Source: a virus (Duplodnaviria > Caudoviricetes). Taken from it: DNA of 55,433 nt. The DNA is taken from the IMG/VR virus record IMGVR_UViG_3300044707_000152, positions 1-55,433 of that record. The stretch is one strand, 5' to 3'. Both the position numbers and the translations under genes were made by a program. The notes under the pieces were generated by a model. The model saw nothing but the letters and a program-made list of their open reading frames with translations, had not been told where the DNA came from and searched no databases. Shown piece after piece: positions 37,535 to 46,186 of this stretch. Positions within the stretch are counted from its first letter, which is position 1. The number at the start of each line of letters is the position of its first letter.

Positions 37535-38080
37535 CTACTCGCAGGAGTAGATAGTCTCTTGGAGTTTGAGTTTTGGGAGGGTAGTGGGTAGGGTGTAGCT
37601 TTTGTCTATGAAGGCTACTTTGTTTGTGGGTTGGATGGTTAGTCTTCCGTTATTGAGTTCTATGAAGATGAATTCTTTGTCTTGTTCTGGGCTATCTGAC
37701 CAGCCATCGTTTAGGTGGGCGGTTGAGAATAGGTAGGTTCCCTTGAGTATATTTGGGCCGACCTTCGTTGTTACTGGCATTCCTCTTAGGATTGGGTTCT
37801 GGAGGATGGTGAAGTTGTATGAGTAGCAGTCCCAGAGTTGGGATTCTTCTATGCGCCAGTTTTCGAGTGCTTTTTCTTTGAATCTGACTGCGTTTGGTGG
37901 GATGTTTCTGTAGAGTGCGCCGCCTTCTCTTAGTATTACATTTATTCCCCATGCTCTGCTTGGGATAGAGGTTAGTCCTACCCACATAGCTTCTACTGGC
38001 CCGATTGGTTTTTCGTGGGTATATTCGCTATCTATCCAGATGTAGCGGTGGGTTGGTAGTGCGCCGATTTTTGTATTCAT
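37535..38080 (-). CDS. Conserved phage hypothetical protein
   Basis: 181 aa; GALYRNIP, QLWDCYSY, GTYLFS, QPTNK. Confidence 0.7.
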   Translation of the reverse strand: MNTKIGALPTHRYIWIDSEYTHEKPIGPVEAMWVGLTSIPSRAWGINVILREGGALYRNIPPNAVRFKEKALENWRIEESQLWDCYSYNFTILQNPILRGMPVTTKVGPNILKGTYLFSTAHLNDGWSDSPEQDKEFIFIELNNGRLTIQPTNKVAFIDKSYTLPTTLPKLKLQETIYSCE

Positions 38081-38325
38081 TAGCTATTGTAAGAAGCGCA
38101 TATTACGCCTTGCTGTATTGAGGGGTTTGCTTGGCCGATTAGTTTGCATTTCACATTTGCAGGGGCGCACCAGTATGCTTTCTCTTCCCACCATTCAATT
38201 AGTTCGCTTTTACCAAGCGGGTCGATTCTTCTTGCTGTATCTTCGTCTGGAGCGCATACAACGGCTGAATCGTAGGTGTCCCATTCTACCTTATCATCTG
38301 GGTGAGATATTAAATATAAGTTCAT
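38080..38325 (-). CDS. Hypothetical protein
   Basis: MNLYLIS...WDTYDSAVVCA, a common small phage family. Confidence 0.7.
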   Translation of the reverse strand: MNLYLISHPDDKVEWDTYDSAVVCAPDEDTARRIDPLGKSELIEWWEEKAYWCAPANVKCKLIGQANPSIQQGVICASYNS

Positions 38326-38344
38326 TTTGTATTCATGTTATCGG

Positions 38345-38602
38345 TTACGATTTTTCTGGTCTATATTTTTCTTTTGTATCGGCGAATAGAAGGGTTAGCA
38401 CGGCTTCATTTGTGGTGTCCATCCATTCCCATAGGGTTAGATTTGAATTTTGCGACCATTTCCACATGAAGGCTATGAGTTCTTTTTTGTATGTTTCTTT
38501 TTCTGAGTAGTAGGACTCAAGTGCTTTTGCTTGTTTTTTTAAAATCGCCGTTTGTTTTTTCTTTGGCAATTTCAGGTATTCTTTTCTTGTGATTTTTTTC
38601 AT
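38345..38602 (-). CDS. Hypothetical protein bracketed by palindrome copies
   Basis: 85 aa, AT-rich; stop codon lies inside the 38339 copy and start is 2 nt from the 38605 copy. Confidence 0.6.
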   Translation of the reverse strand: MKKITRKEYLKLPKKKQTAILKKQAKALESYYSEKETYKKELIAFMWKWSQNSNLTLWEWMDTTNEAVLTLLFADTKEKYRPEKS

Positions 38603-38719
38603 ATTATCGTTAACGATAGTGAGAGTCCCAGTTTTATGTGATTACTGGGATGGTTCCATGATTCACCAGAGGTAGACCCACCAAGGTTTATCCCCCGCCA
38701 CAATACCACGTTATTGCTC

Positions 38720-38866
38720 TCAAAGTTTTTGGTTATTTGCTGCTGCCCATCCTTGTCGGAAGGTTACACAGATTAGTTCTTGGGAAAATAGCCAAACGTT
38801 GAAGTCCTCGTATTTTTCTGTTAGGTAGGGGTAGTAGTTTAAGAATGCTTGGTGACAGTCTTTCAT
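38720..38866 (-). CDS. Hypothetical protein
   Basis: Likely start MKDCHQAF within the tracked ORF 38720-38914. Confidence 0.45.
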   Translation of the reverse strand: MKDCHQAFLNYYPYLTEKYEDFNVWLFSQELICVTFRQGWAAANNQKL

Positions 38867-38942
38867 TTTCTGGTTGTTGTTTCTACTATGAAGCAGGCTA
38901 CTACTATCGTCCATGCTAAGATCATTGCCATTACTTGGTCAT

Positions 38943-39146
38943 TCATAGTAGTTCTATTTTATCTGCCCATAGCCACATTGAGTCGTCTTCCCAGTAGTGT
39001 TCATTTGGTTCTACGCGGCTCGTTCCCTTTGCATCTGGGTATTTTTCTTTGATGTATTTCAGCATGGCTTTATGAGTTTTAAATGCAGCTTCTGGTAGGT
39101 CATTGCTGCATCCTTGTAGTCCGCTTGAGAGTATGTAGATTTTCAT
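38943..39146 (-). CDS. Hypothetical protein
   Basis: 67 aa; ATGA-coupled. Confidence 0.55.
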   Translation of the reverse strand: MKIYILSSGLQGCSNDLPEAAFKTHKAMLKYIKEKYPDAKGTSRVEPNEHYWEDDSMWLWADKIELL

Positions 39147-39532
39147 AATTGGATTACTGTGACTCCCATTTTTTCTGCTATCTCTAAGGCTATTGGATCG
39201 GATTTGTAGATTTCTTTGTAGAGGACTCTCTTTATCTTATAGGCGGCTATGGTCTTTAGGCAGTCTCTACATGGGAGGAGGGTGGATACCAGTGTCTTTC
39301 CTTCGCCGGGGCTTGTATATCTCAAGGCATTCTGCTCTGCGTGGATTACGAACTTTGATCTCTCTTCTCTTGATGACCAATCTTCTTCTACACCTTGAGG
39401 GAATCCGTTATACCCTACTGAGGCTATGGAGTTATCTTCTCGGAGGATCACCGCGCCGACCTTATGCCACGGGTCTTTACTCTTCTTAGCCACTACCTCG
39501 GCTATACTCATTGCGTATTCGTCCCAGTTCAT
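39143..39532 (-). CDS. dCMP deaminase
   Basis: SKDP..KVGA, GYNG, HAEQNA and PCRDC Zn motifs. Confidence 0.92.
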   Translation of the reverse strand: MNWDEYAMSIAEVVAKKSKDPWHKVGAVILREDNSIASVGYNGFPQGVEEDWSSREERSKFVIHAEQNALRYTSPGEGKTLVSTLLPCRDCLKTIAAYKIKRVLYKEIYKSDPIALEIAEKMGVTVIQL

Positions 39533-39735
39533 CTTAATTTTCTCAATACTTCTTTTGCGTAGTCTTCCATATGTCTCGCGGACAATCCAGAGTGTGCTAT
39601 GTATACAAGTGCAGCTATTGCTTCTTCTCGTTCACGCTCCAATTGACGTGCGTGTCTCCATATAATCGGATGAGATAATCTTGCCGCGCTTCCAAGCTGA
39701 TCTTCAATATGGTCTGTTTCTGGTGTATCGCTCAT
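39529..39735 (-). CDS. SDTPETD...ARxLERE family protein
   Basis: Likely start MSDTPETD; paralog of 42561-42815. Confidence 0.65.
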   Translation of the reverse strand: MSDTPETDHIEDQLGSAARLSHPIIWRHARQLEREREEAIAALVYIAHSGLSARHMEDYAKEVLRKLR

Positions 39736-40859
39736 GGATAGTATCTGTTCATTGCTTCGATGTCGTTTCCTTTGGCATACCACCCGTCTCCAGTGTAGAC
39801 ATCCATGACATCTGAGAAATATTTCTCATACATGGGTGCTACCCGCTCCAAAGTGAAGTTTTTTCCGAATCGGTGGCAGTCGTATGGGCAAATTCGGTCG
39901 ATGTTCTTAATCGCATCTACGTAGTCTCCCATCGTGCGGCAGCGGAATCCTGTTACACCATGTAGGTTATTCTCTGTGAAGCTACCCCAGTCAGAGGTGA
40001 TTGTTGGAGTCCCAGATAGTAGGTTCTCTACTTGGACACCCCCGAATGGTTCTACATACTGACTTGGTAGAAAGGACGCTTTGGCTTTCGACATGAGCTT
40101 CTTTCTGGTAGGAACATCGGCGTATCCTACATAGTGAACATGGTCTGGTAGCTTGTAACCTTCTTCTTTTTGGCCTGCGATTACCAGTTTAACCCCCGCT
40201 CGGTAGGTAGCTTCAATGGCAATATCTACACCTTTTCCGCTATACACCCTACCAAGATAGAGGAAGTAATCTTCTTTCTGGTCACAGAAGTCGAAGTCTT
40301 CTTTATCGAAGTAGTTTGGGATTACCACGGCATAGTTATCTTGTTGGCAATTTCCTACTGCCTGCATTCCGCAGAACGCATGGTAGATTGCGTAGGATTC
40401 AAATACCTTCCACCGCGCCCAATGTCCACCTGCATATCCAATACCCGGCTCAACTGTGATTAAGTCTGGATGCGCGTCACAAATAGGACGAACACCACTA
40501 CCCCAGAATGGGAGAATGAAGTCATTTTTCTTCTTACGCTGCCCAATTGCCTTAATCGCATTTCGGTAGAAAGTTTGGTAGGCATGGTCATTCGTATTAA
40601 ACTTGAAGAATGTCTTTCTCCAGTCATGTGATCCATAGCTCTTATTGAAGTCATCGTTGGTTAGGACAGGGACGTGTTCTGTGCAGATTAGGTCTGAATC
40701 TTCGTGTCCGTAGTGGATTACTTCATGGCCGCGCTGGGTCATCATCTTCCCGAACTTCACTACCTTTTGGGTGTAAGCGCAGGCGTTGAATTCTTTGGAA
40801 CTAACTGTATGAGGCAAGCCGAGGATATGGAATCTAAATTTATCGTTTACGATACTCAT
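39732..40859 (-). CDS. Glycosyltransferase, GT-B fold (GT4-like)
   Basis: YLGRV...KG and EPFGGVQVENLLSGTPTI signature. Confidence 0.88.
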   Translation of the reverse strand: MSIVNDKFRFHILGLPHTVSSKEFNACAYTQKVVKFGKMMTQRGHEVIHYGHEDSDLICTEHVPVLTNDDFNKSYGSHDWRKTFFKFNTNDHAYQTFYRNAIKAIGQRKKKNDFILPFWGSGVRPICDAHPDLITVEPGIGYAGGHWARWKVFESYAIYHAFCGMQAVGNCQQDNYAVVIPNYFDKEDFDFCDQKEDYFLYLGRVYSGKGVDIAIEATYRAGVKLVIAGQKEEGYKLPDHVHYVGYADVPTRKKLMSKAKASFLPSQYVEPFGGVQVENLLSGTPTITSDWGSFTENNLHGVTGFRCRTMGDYVDAIKNIDRICPYDCHRFGKNFTLERVAPMYEKYFSDVMDVYTGDGWYAKGNDIEAMNRYYP

Positions 40860-41059
40860 GGTTTTTTGAACTGAATTTCATCTAACATATCTGATGGGTC
40901 TTGATAGCCATTTGCCATAGCTTCAATCCAACTCGCTGGGTTGATGGTTGCGGTGTGCGCCCATCCTTCACTTGTTAATTTTTCTCCGTGCGCTTCATCT
41001 ACTGTTAAACATCTTACCTTACCTTCTTTGGCATAGATAAAAAGGAATTGTGGTATCAT
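40856..41059 (-). CDS. Hypothetical protein
   Basis: Likely start MIPQ (ATGA overlap). Confidence 0.55.
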   Translation of the reverse strand: MIPQFLFIYAKEGKVRCLTVDEAHGEKLTSEGWAHTATINPASWIEAMANGYQDPSDMLDEIQFKKP

Positions 41060-41310
41060 AAGTTGATTAGCATCTTCTTTGCCCATTCGGGCGTATCTTC
41101 ATCTACTTTCACTGTCCACTCTCCAGTAACTGCTTTGGTCATGGATAGGGCTTTAACTACTTTCTTGAAGGTAACTTTCTTTGAATCAGTAATTACTTCT
41201 TTGGTTGAGAACCTTTCTCCGCAGGCACAAAGCCTCCTCCTTACTACTGTGCCATCTTTTTTTCTGCTATTGATGACTTCAGTAGGTGATTTACATTTAG
41301 GACACGTCAT
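41056..41310 (-). CDS. NrdR-like Zn-ribbon protein (no ATP-cone)
   Basis: CPKC...V.NSR...RRR.C.CGERFST.E. Confidence 0.75.
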   Translation of the reverse strand: MTCPKCKSPTEVINSRKKDGTVVRRRLCACGERFSTKEVITDSKKVTFKKVVKALSMTKAVTGEWTVKVDEDTPEWAKKMLINL

Positions 41311-41471
41311 TTCTTTTCTTGTCCAGTAAGCGTGTATCGCTTCATTCCGCGCTTTTTAAAGAAGTCTTCGCAGGCTTTAGCAATCTGCTTGGAGTTGAGT
41401 GGATACTTCCACCCTACTCTGGCATCATCTTGGTCAACATTTCCCTCTGTATCTTTGCCGTTGATCTTCAT
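41307..41471 (-). CDS. Hypothetical protein
   Basis: Likely start MKINGK (ATGA overlap). Confidence 0.5.
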   Translation of the reverse strand: MKINGKDTEGNVDQDDARVGWKYPLNSKQIAKACEDFFKKRGMKRYTLTGQEKK

Positions 41472-41710
41472 TTCATTGACTTGCTTCCCTTGCACTTCCA
41501 CTTCTTGCGCGAAAGATTGTTTGGGGAGTTAGGATCGGATTTCCAATCGCCTTTGATCTTAGCTGAACGGGCGCAATACGCATCACCTTTGGCCGTGCCG
41601 GGGCGAATACGATCACCGCCATCTTTAGCCTTGCCAGCTTGACCATACTTCACAGTCTTAGTCCTGCCAGTCTTTGGGTTCTTTACTACTTTAGTGAATC
41701 TCTTTTCCAT
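41468..41710 (-). CDS. Small basic phage protein
   Basis: KTVKYGQAG...AYCARS...DPNSPN..SRKKWKC. Confidence 0.7.
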   Translation of the reverse strand: MEKRFTKVVKNPKTGRTKTVKYGQAGKAKDGGDRIRPGTAKGDAYCARSAKIKGDWKSDPNSPNNLSRKKWKCKGSKSMK

Positions 41711-41856
41711 TACTTTTTCTTTGCAGTTTTAGCTGATTGTTTAAATGCTTTAGCAGTAGGTGCGCCTTTGCTTCCAACCTTGCGCATCTTCTCACCACTA
41801 CCAGCGGCGATGCGTTTCCTCTTTTCGTTAATATTTTTGTAAAGTCCAGTTTTCAT
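41710..41856 (-). CDS. Small basic protein (48 aa); not in the ORF track
   Basis: MKTGLYKNINEKRKRIAAGSGEKMRKVGSKGAPTAKAFKQSAKTAKKK. Confidence 0.7.
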   Translation of the reverse strand: MKTGLYKNINEKRKRIAAGSGEKMRKVGSKGAPTAKAFKQSAKTAKKK

Positions 41857-42047
41857 AATTCTTCGTTTGGTTTGTGATAAAATCCTCTCATATTTTTACC
41901 TTCACTGATATAAATATATCCCAATAAAAGTTCATCTATCCATCCTTTTATTTCTTCGTTTACACAATGTTTGTGAATTTTAAACTTCGCTCCGTCTTGC
42001 TCGAAAGGTTCGTTTCCTAATTCTTTTTTGCAAACTACACAGTTCAT
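41853..42047 (-). CDS. Hypothetical protein (CxxC...HxxC)
   Basis: 64 aa, AT-rich; ATGA-coupled on both sides. Confidence 0.55.
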   Translation of the reverse strand: MNCVVCKKELGNEPFEQDGAKFKIHKHCVNEEIKGWIDELLLGYIYISEGKNMRGFYHKPNEEL

Positions 42048-42229
42048 TTTTTCTTTTTCATTCCTGCTTGGCTCATGGCGATAGCCACGGCCTGTTTGCG
42101 GCTCTTAGCCATAGGTGCTTTCTTCGGGCCTTTAGGGTCAATACCAGCTTTCAGTTTGCCAGCCTTGTATTCACGCATTGTTTTTGCCACTTTCGCGGCC
42201 TTACCTGCTTTTGTTGTTGGTTTTTTCAT
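42044..42229 (-). CDS. Small basic phage protein
   Basis: KV.KTMREYKAGKL...KSRKQAVAIAMSQAG. Confidence 0.7.
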   Translation of the reverse strand: MKKPTTKAGKAAKVAKTMREYKAGKLKAGIDPKGPKKAPMAKSRKQAVAIAMSQAGMKKKK

Positions 42230-42573
42230 AATGATTCCATTCCATCTCTGAGAAGTTTAAAAAATGTATCTGATGACATGGTTACTTTCCAAGGTTTATT
42301 ATTTTTCTTTGAAGCTACTGCCCACGCAATGCCTTTAGCGTCCCGCTCGGCTTGTTCGCAAGCCTTATCTAAATTCAAATTCTGAACACACTTAACTTCA
42401 AAGTGCAGTTTGCCTTTCAGTTCTTCACAGATTACATCTGGCGAGTCTTGTCCTCCTGCGAATTGCTGTCCTCGTTTAGCAGTGTAGCCTTCGGCGCGAA
42501 GCTGGTCACGCCACTGCCGCTCACCTCTTGCTCCTTTAGCTCTGGAGTTTATCATAGTTTTTAAAGTTCCCAA
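42226..42573 (-). CDS. Holliday junction resolvase (Hjc-like PD-(D/E)XK)
   Basis: SRAKGARGER, PD, HFEVK motifs; true start may be 42555. Confidence 0.8.
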   Translation of the reverse strand: MGTLKTMINSRAKGARGERQWRDQLRAEGYTAKRGQQFAGGQDSPDVICEELKGKLHFEVKCVQNLNLDKACEQAERDAKGIAWAVASKKNNKPWKVTMSSDTFFKLLRDGMESL

Positions 42574-42815
42574 CTTATTGGAAGCAAATCAAGTTTGTCT
42601 CGGTAGCGATCAACTTGCTCACGCGCCTCATCACGCTCTTTGCAAAGTTTATTAACCTCAAGCATATTTTCTACTGCAAGCGTATCATATTTCTCCCGCG
42701 CCTCGTTGCGCTCGCGTTCAAGTTTTCGTGCAAAATCTGATGACACAACTTTGTATAGTATGCCTTCGCTTGAATCACTCCAAGTATTTTTATCCGTTTC
42801 TGGCGTGTCACTCAT
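42561..42815 (-). CDS. SDTPETD...ARxLERE family protein
   Basis: MSDTPETD...FARKLERERNEARE. Confidence 0.65.
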   Translation of the reverse strand: MSDTPETDKNTWSDSSEGILYKVVSSDFARKLERERNEAREKYDTLAVENMLEVNKLCKERDEAREQVDRYRDKLDLLPISWEL

Positions 42816-43006
42816 GGGAGCATTGAATCAATATCTTGTATCTGTGTCAATACTTTTGTTTCAGAAAAGTATTGGTTCATTATTTTAGTTCCTTCGTTGT
42901 GGTAGTTCTCTGCTATGCAATATCTTTCCTTGTCTTGAGCTTCCCAGATTGCGTTTGCCGCCTCCAGATACTTCAACGCTTTTCCGTATGCTTGGTCAGT
43001 TGTCAT
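42812..43006 (-). CDS. Hypothetical protein
   Basis: 64 aa; coupled to dnaB. Confidence 0.55.
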   Translation of the reverse strand: MTTDQAYGKALKYLEAANAIWEAQDKERYCIAENYHNEGTKIMNQYFSETKVLTQIQDIDSMLP

Positions 43007-44238
43007 TAGTATACCTCTTCAAGTTTTGAGATGTCACCACGCATGATGATTTCCGTTGTGTAGTTCCTTTGGCCTCGGCGGTTCTTCTTGATTGTCAGCC
43101 TACTCTTCTCTTTGATGTGTTCGATATACACTACTTGGTCAGAGTGCATTCCAATTGCCCGTGATTCGCGCAATCTTCCATCGTCGTTAAGCTGGGAAGC
43201 TGTGAGCATAATCGAGTTATTCTTGAGTGCCGCCAGTTTTAAACGCCTTGCAATCTCTGAAATCTGGCTTTCCCTACCCTCTTCACCATCAGATGAGATG
43301 ATTTGTAGGTAATCTACGACGATTACATCTGCCCGTTTTTCTCCAACGTATCGGTTGATTTGGGCCTCAATCTCGTCAATTTCGGCTACTCCATCCACGA
43401 TTTCGATGGGTAACTGGTGTAATTTCAACAATGCGGCGTTAATTTTGAGGAGTTCGTGCTGGTTTGCGTTCTTGTAATCCTCTGGTTCACGCACTGGATA
43501 CCCTGCCAAGTTACAAGCCATGCGAGTTAGGATGTCCTTCGCTTTCATTTCGAGGCTGAAGAACAGAACTGACTTTCCATCTTGCAGGTTAGCGAGTGCC
43601 GCTTGGACGAGGTAGATAGATTTTCCTCCACCTGTCTCTGAAGCCACTGTCATCATCTCTCCTTTGTGCATTCCGCCCTTCAGCGCACGATCTACTTTGA
43701 GTAGTCCAGTAGGAAAGAATTCCTTTACAGCTTTACCTTCCATCTCATCAATAATTTCGATGATGAGGTCTTTGACTGGTTTTACTTTTGTTGTCCTATC
43801 CTCGGCCAAGTTCATTATCGTTTCCGATAATCCCTTCAAATCGGCCTTGCCTGCGCGGAGGTTTACTTCTTCCTTCTCCATAAGAGTAAGAACATCGCGG
43901 TAGGCTTTAGTGCGGTGCAGGTGCTTCCGGTAGTCATCTGCCATGTCTTGGCAAACCTTACCAGAAGTTACTTTCATTGTGGTTAGGATTTCGTGAATCG
44001 CATCTTCACCACCCGCTGCTTCAAGCTGTCCAGTTGCTTCAAGCTCTGCAATGGCAGAGAACGGGCAGCAAACCCCTGTCCGCTGGTGAACCCCTTGGAG
44101 TGCATTAAAAACGATTCTGTGGGCTGGTATGGCGAAGTAATCGCTATCCCATGTTTGTTGGGAAAGGATGTTTCTATCGATTGCGATGAGCGACAACACT
44201 GCCGCTTCGCTCTTTCGTGCTATTGGGACTTTTTTCAT
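43006..44238 (-). CDS. dnaB: Replicative DNA helicase, DnaB family
   Basis: SEAAVL N-terminus, TGGGKS Walker A, FSLEM, VVDYLQ, SQLN, LRES, KNRRG. Confidence 0.9.
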   Translation of the reverse strand: MKKVPIARKSEAAVLSLIAIDRNILSQQTWDSDYFAIPAHRIVFNALQGVHQRTGVCCPFSAIAELEATGQLEAAGGEDAIHEILTTMKVTSGKVCQDMADDYRKHLHRTKAYRDVLTLMEKEEVNLRAGKADLKGLSETIMNLAEDRTTKVKPVKDLIIEIIDEMEGKAVKEFFPTGLLKVDRALKGGMHKGEMMTVASETGGGKSIYLVQAALANLQDGKSVLFFSLEMKAKDILTRMACNLAGYPVREPEDYKNANQHELLKINAALLKLHQLPIEIVDGVAEIDEIEAQINRYVGEKRADVIVVDYLQIISSDGEEGRESQISEIARRLKLAALKNNSIMLTASQLNDDGRLRESRAIGMHSDQVVYIEHIKEKSRLTIKKNRRGQRNYTTEIIMRGDISKLEEVY

Positions 44239-44244
44239 GTTAGG

Positions 44245-45171
44245 TTAAAAGTTAGAAAATCGTTCTGGTTTGGTAGTTGTTTTTGGTTTTATCCATTCAG
44301 CCTTGAAGCTCTGCCATCCACGGGTGACGCATTCGGTCAGTGCCTCCTCAATGTGCATCGCTGCCTTCTCTGCTTCTTTGGCGATAGACGCGAGGGCGGT
44401 TGCTGATAGCGGGGCGCGTTTGGCTTTACGGAGGGCGATGAAGTCATCCCAGACTTGCTCGCCTACTCCAGCAGGTTTTTCAATTTGGGTAGCTGACGAT
44501 TTTTTATTTCGTGGGGGGGCCGCGCAATGGGGGGCCGTTTCTTTGCCATCGGCGGTGGTTAGCTTAGTTTTAACTAAGCCCGAAGCGTTAGCTTCACTTG
44601 GGTTAGTCGAGAATAGATTTGGTTGATTCAATTCAACCGAGGAATGTGAGGCCACTGCCGAACTTTCCTCTTCCCCTTGAAAAGGGGTTAGGGGTTTTGT
44701 ATTCTCTGTTAGTTTCTCTGTATATTGTTTAATATGACGCGCGCGCACGGAACGAGAAGAATCTTCCACATGGTCAGGAAGAATCTTCCAGATGGATGTG
44801 GAAGAATCTTCCAGATGGTCTGCTCTTTCGGAGGTCAAAATTGTGAGTGCAGATTGGCTGATTGTGTAATACTTCATTGCCTTTCCAGCCTGCAAATCGA
44901 ACTGCTTTGACTTAACCAAACCCATACTTTCAAGCGTCCGAAATACCTCACCGATTGTCCTTGTTGACCAAAACGGAAACGAGAATTCGCGCCATTGCTC
45001 AAGGGTGTTGAATATCCAACGCTCGTCATCCACAACTTTTCCAGATCGTTTTTGACCGCACCAGAACTTCAGAGTTTGAAGCACGATTGCTTCTGGTAGC
45101 CCGATTAGTTTTGCCAAGGTTGGCTGAAAGACGATGGGCGTTTCGTCAATCAATAGATTTGATTTACTCAT
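44245..45171 (-). CDS. Replication initiator (lambda O-like)
   Basis: N-terminal winged helix (LAKLIGLPEAIVLQ...WIFNT..W), internal iterons, C-terminal WDDFIALRKAK...RGWQSFKAEW; lies upstream of dnaB. Confidence 0.8.
   Translation of the reverse strand: MSKSNLLIDETPIVFQPTLAKLIGLPEAIVLQTLKFWCGQKRSGKVVDDERWIFNTLEQWREFSFPFWSTRTIGEVFRTLESMGLVKSKQFDLQAGKAMKYYTISQSALTILTSERADHLEDSSTSIWKILPDHVEDSSRSVRARHIKQYTEKLTENTKPLTPFQGEEESSAVASHSSVELNQPNLFSTNPSEANASGLVKTKLTTADGKETAPHCAAPPRNKKSSATQIEKPAGVGEQVWDDFIALRKAKRAPLSATALASIAKEAEKAAMHIEEALTECVTRGWQSFKAEWIKPKTTTKPERFSNF
44695..44820. other. Probable replication origin (iterons plus AT-rich segment) inside the initiator gene
   Basis: GAAGAATCTTCCA[CG]ATGG at 44756, 44778 and 44801; AT-rich stretch at about 44695-44735. 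Confidence 0.75.
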
Positions 45172-45320
45172 TTAAAAAAAGGCGACCCCTTGTAGTGGCG
45201 AAGAAGTGCGGCAACAGACGCATGAAGGTGGATTACCACCACAAGGGATCATTTAGTTTTATTTGGTTAACTTAAACTTCTTCAATCCGGCCTTCACCCC
45301 GGATGTGCAATTTCTCGCAC
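45172..45320 (-). ncRNA. Structured leader of the initiator gene with C4-antisense-like architecture
   Basis: Two 5' hairpins plus a long-stem element whose unpaired parts are complementary to upstream sites; U-run before the ATG. Confidence 0.45.
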
Positions 45321-45326
45321 AAGACA

Positions 45327-45355
45327 AAACTACTATAGGTTGTGTTCGATGTCAA
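45327..45355 (-). promoter_or_regulatory. Promoter for the replication operon
   Basis: TTGACA-N17-TAGTTT on the minus strand, 10 nt from the 45366 palindrome. Confidence 0.5.
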
Positions 45356-45380
45356 GCATCTTTTTTATCGGTTACGATAA

Positions 45381-46175
45381 TTATCCATCATAGCACCCGC
45401 ATGGAATTTTGTGTGGATCATTCTCGTCAAGCCATTCAAAAAGTTTTAATTGATCGTCGTCAGCTTCAACAATATCGCTCCACGGAACGCCGAAAGATAA
45501 TCCTTTTACTCGGCCCTTCACAACCATGTTTGTTTCCATTGCGATTGCTCTCGCAAAATATTCTGGATATTCTTTTCGCAGGCGAAGAATTTCACTATTC
45601 TTCATTGCGGGGCAGAAGAAGCATGATGACTTTCCGGGTAATGGCAATCCATGTCGTTTGATTGTATCAACGCATTCACTGCGAGTCCACATCCATTCGA
45701 TAAGCGGATACCAGTTATTGGCTTTTTGAGTTTTAGAAAGCTGGGTATATTCTATACTAATCGCACGATGTCCCTCTCCAGCATCATATCCTATTGCACG
45801 AATTATTTCTGAATGATTATTATCTTTCATCCATTTCTTTATCATTTTATTCTGAGGATCAACCTTATGTTTCAATGAGCAAGCCTTAAATCCATAAGCC
45901 AGTGAAGGAAGTATTTTCTTGCGGTGGCACTCATCATACAAGTTCTCTCGTTCTCCTTTGTATGTAGCGTAAACTTTTTCAATCTCAAGACCCCACCATT
46001 CTTGAGTTTTCTTGCTCATCAAATCAATGTGAGCGTAAGTATTCGGAAGTTCACCGCCAGTATCTGCGAATACAATTAGGTCTGGTTTGATTCCTCTATC
46101 AATAAATCCGCAAAGCATGGCGACTGAGTTTGTTCCGCCTCCGTAAGCAACAACTAATGGTTTATCTATTTTCAT
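45381..46175 (-). CDS. PAPS-reductase-family (PP-loop) enzyme with a Cys cluster
   Basis: AYGGGTNS, FADTGGE, CSLKHK, YPL, KSSCFFCP, C-terminal CGC. Confidence 0.8.
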   Translation of the reverse strand: MKIDKPLVVAYGGGTNSVAMLCGFIDRGIKPDLIVFADTGGELPNTYAHIDLMSKKTQEWWGLEIEKVYATYKGERENLYDECHRKKILPSLAYGFKACSLKHKVDPQNKMIKKWMKDNNHSEIIRAIGYDAGEGHRAISIEYTQLSKTQKANNWYPLIEWMWTRSECVDTIKRHGLPLPGKSSCFFCPAMKNSEILRLRKEYPEYFARAIAMETNMVVKGRVKGLSFGVPWSDIVEADDDQLKLFEWLDENDPHKIPCGCYDG

Positions 46176-46186
46176 AATTTTATCGG

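Noticed and set aside
38620-38722. tRNA gene
   Set aside because: No TTCRA T-loop, D-loop consensus or 7-bp acceptor stem with CCA
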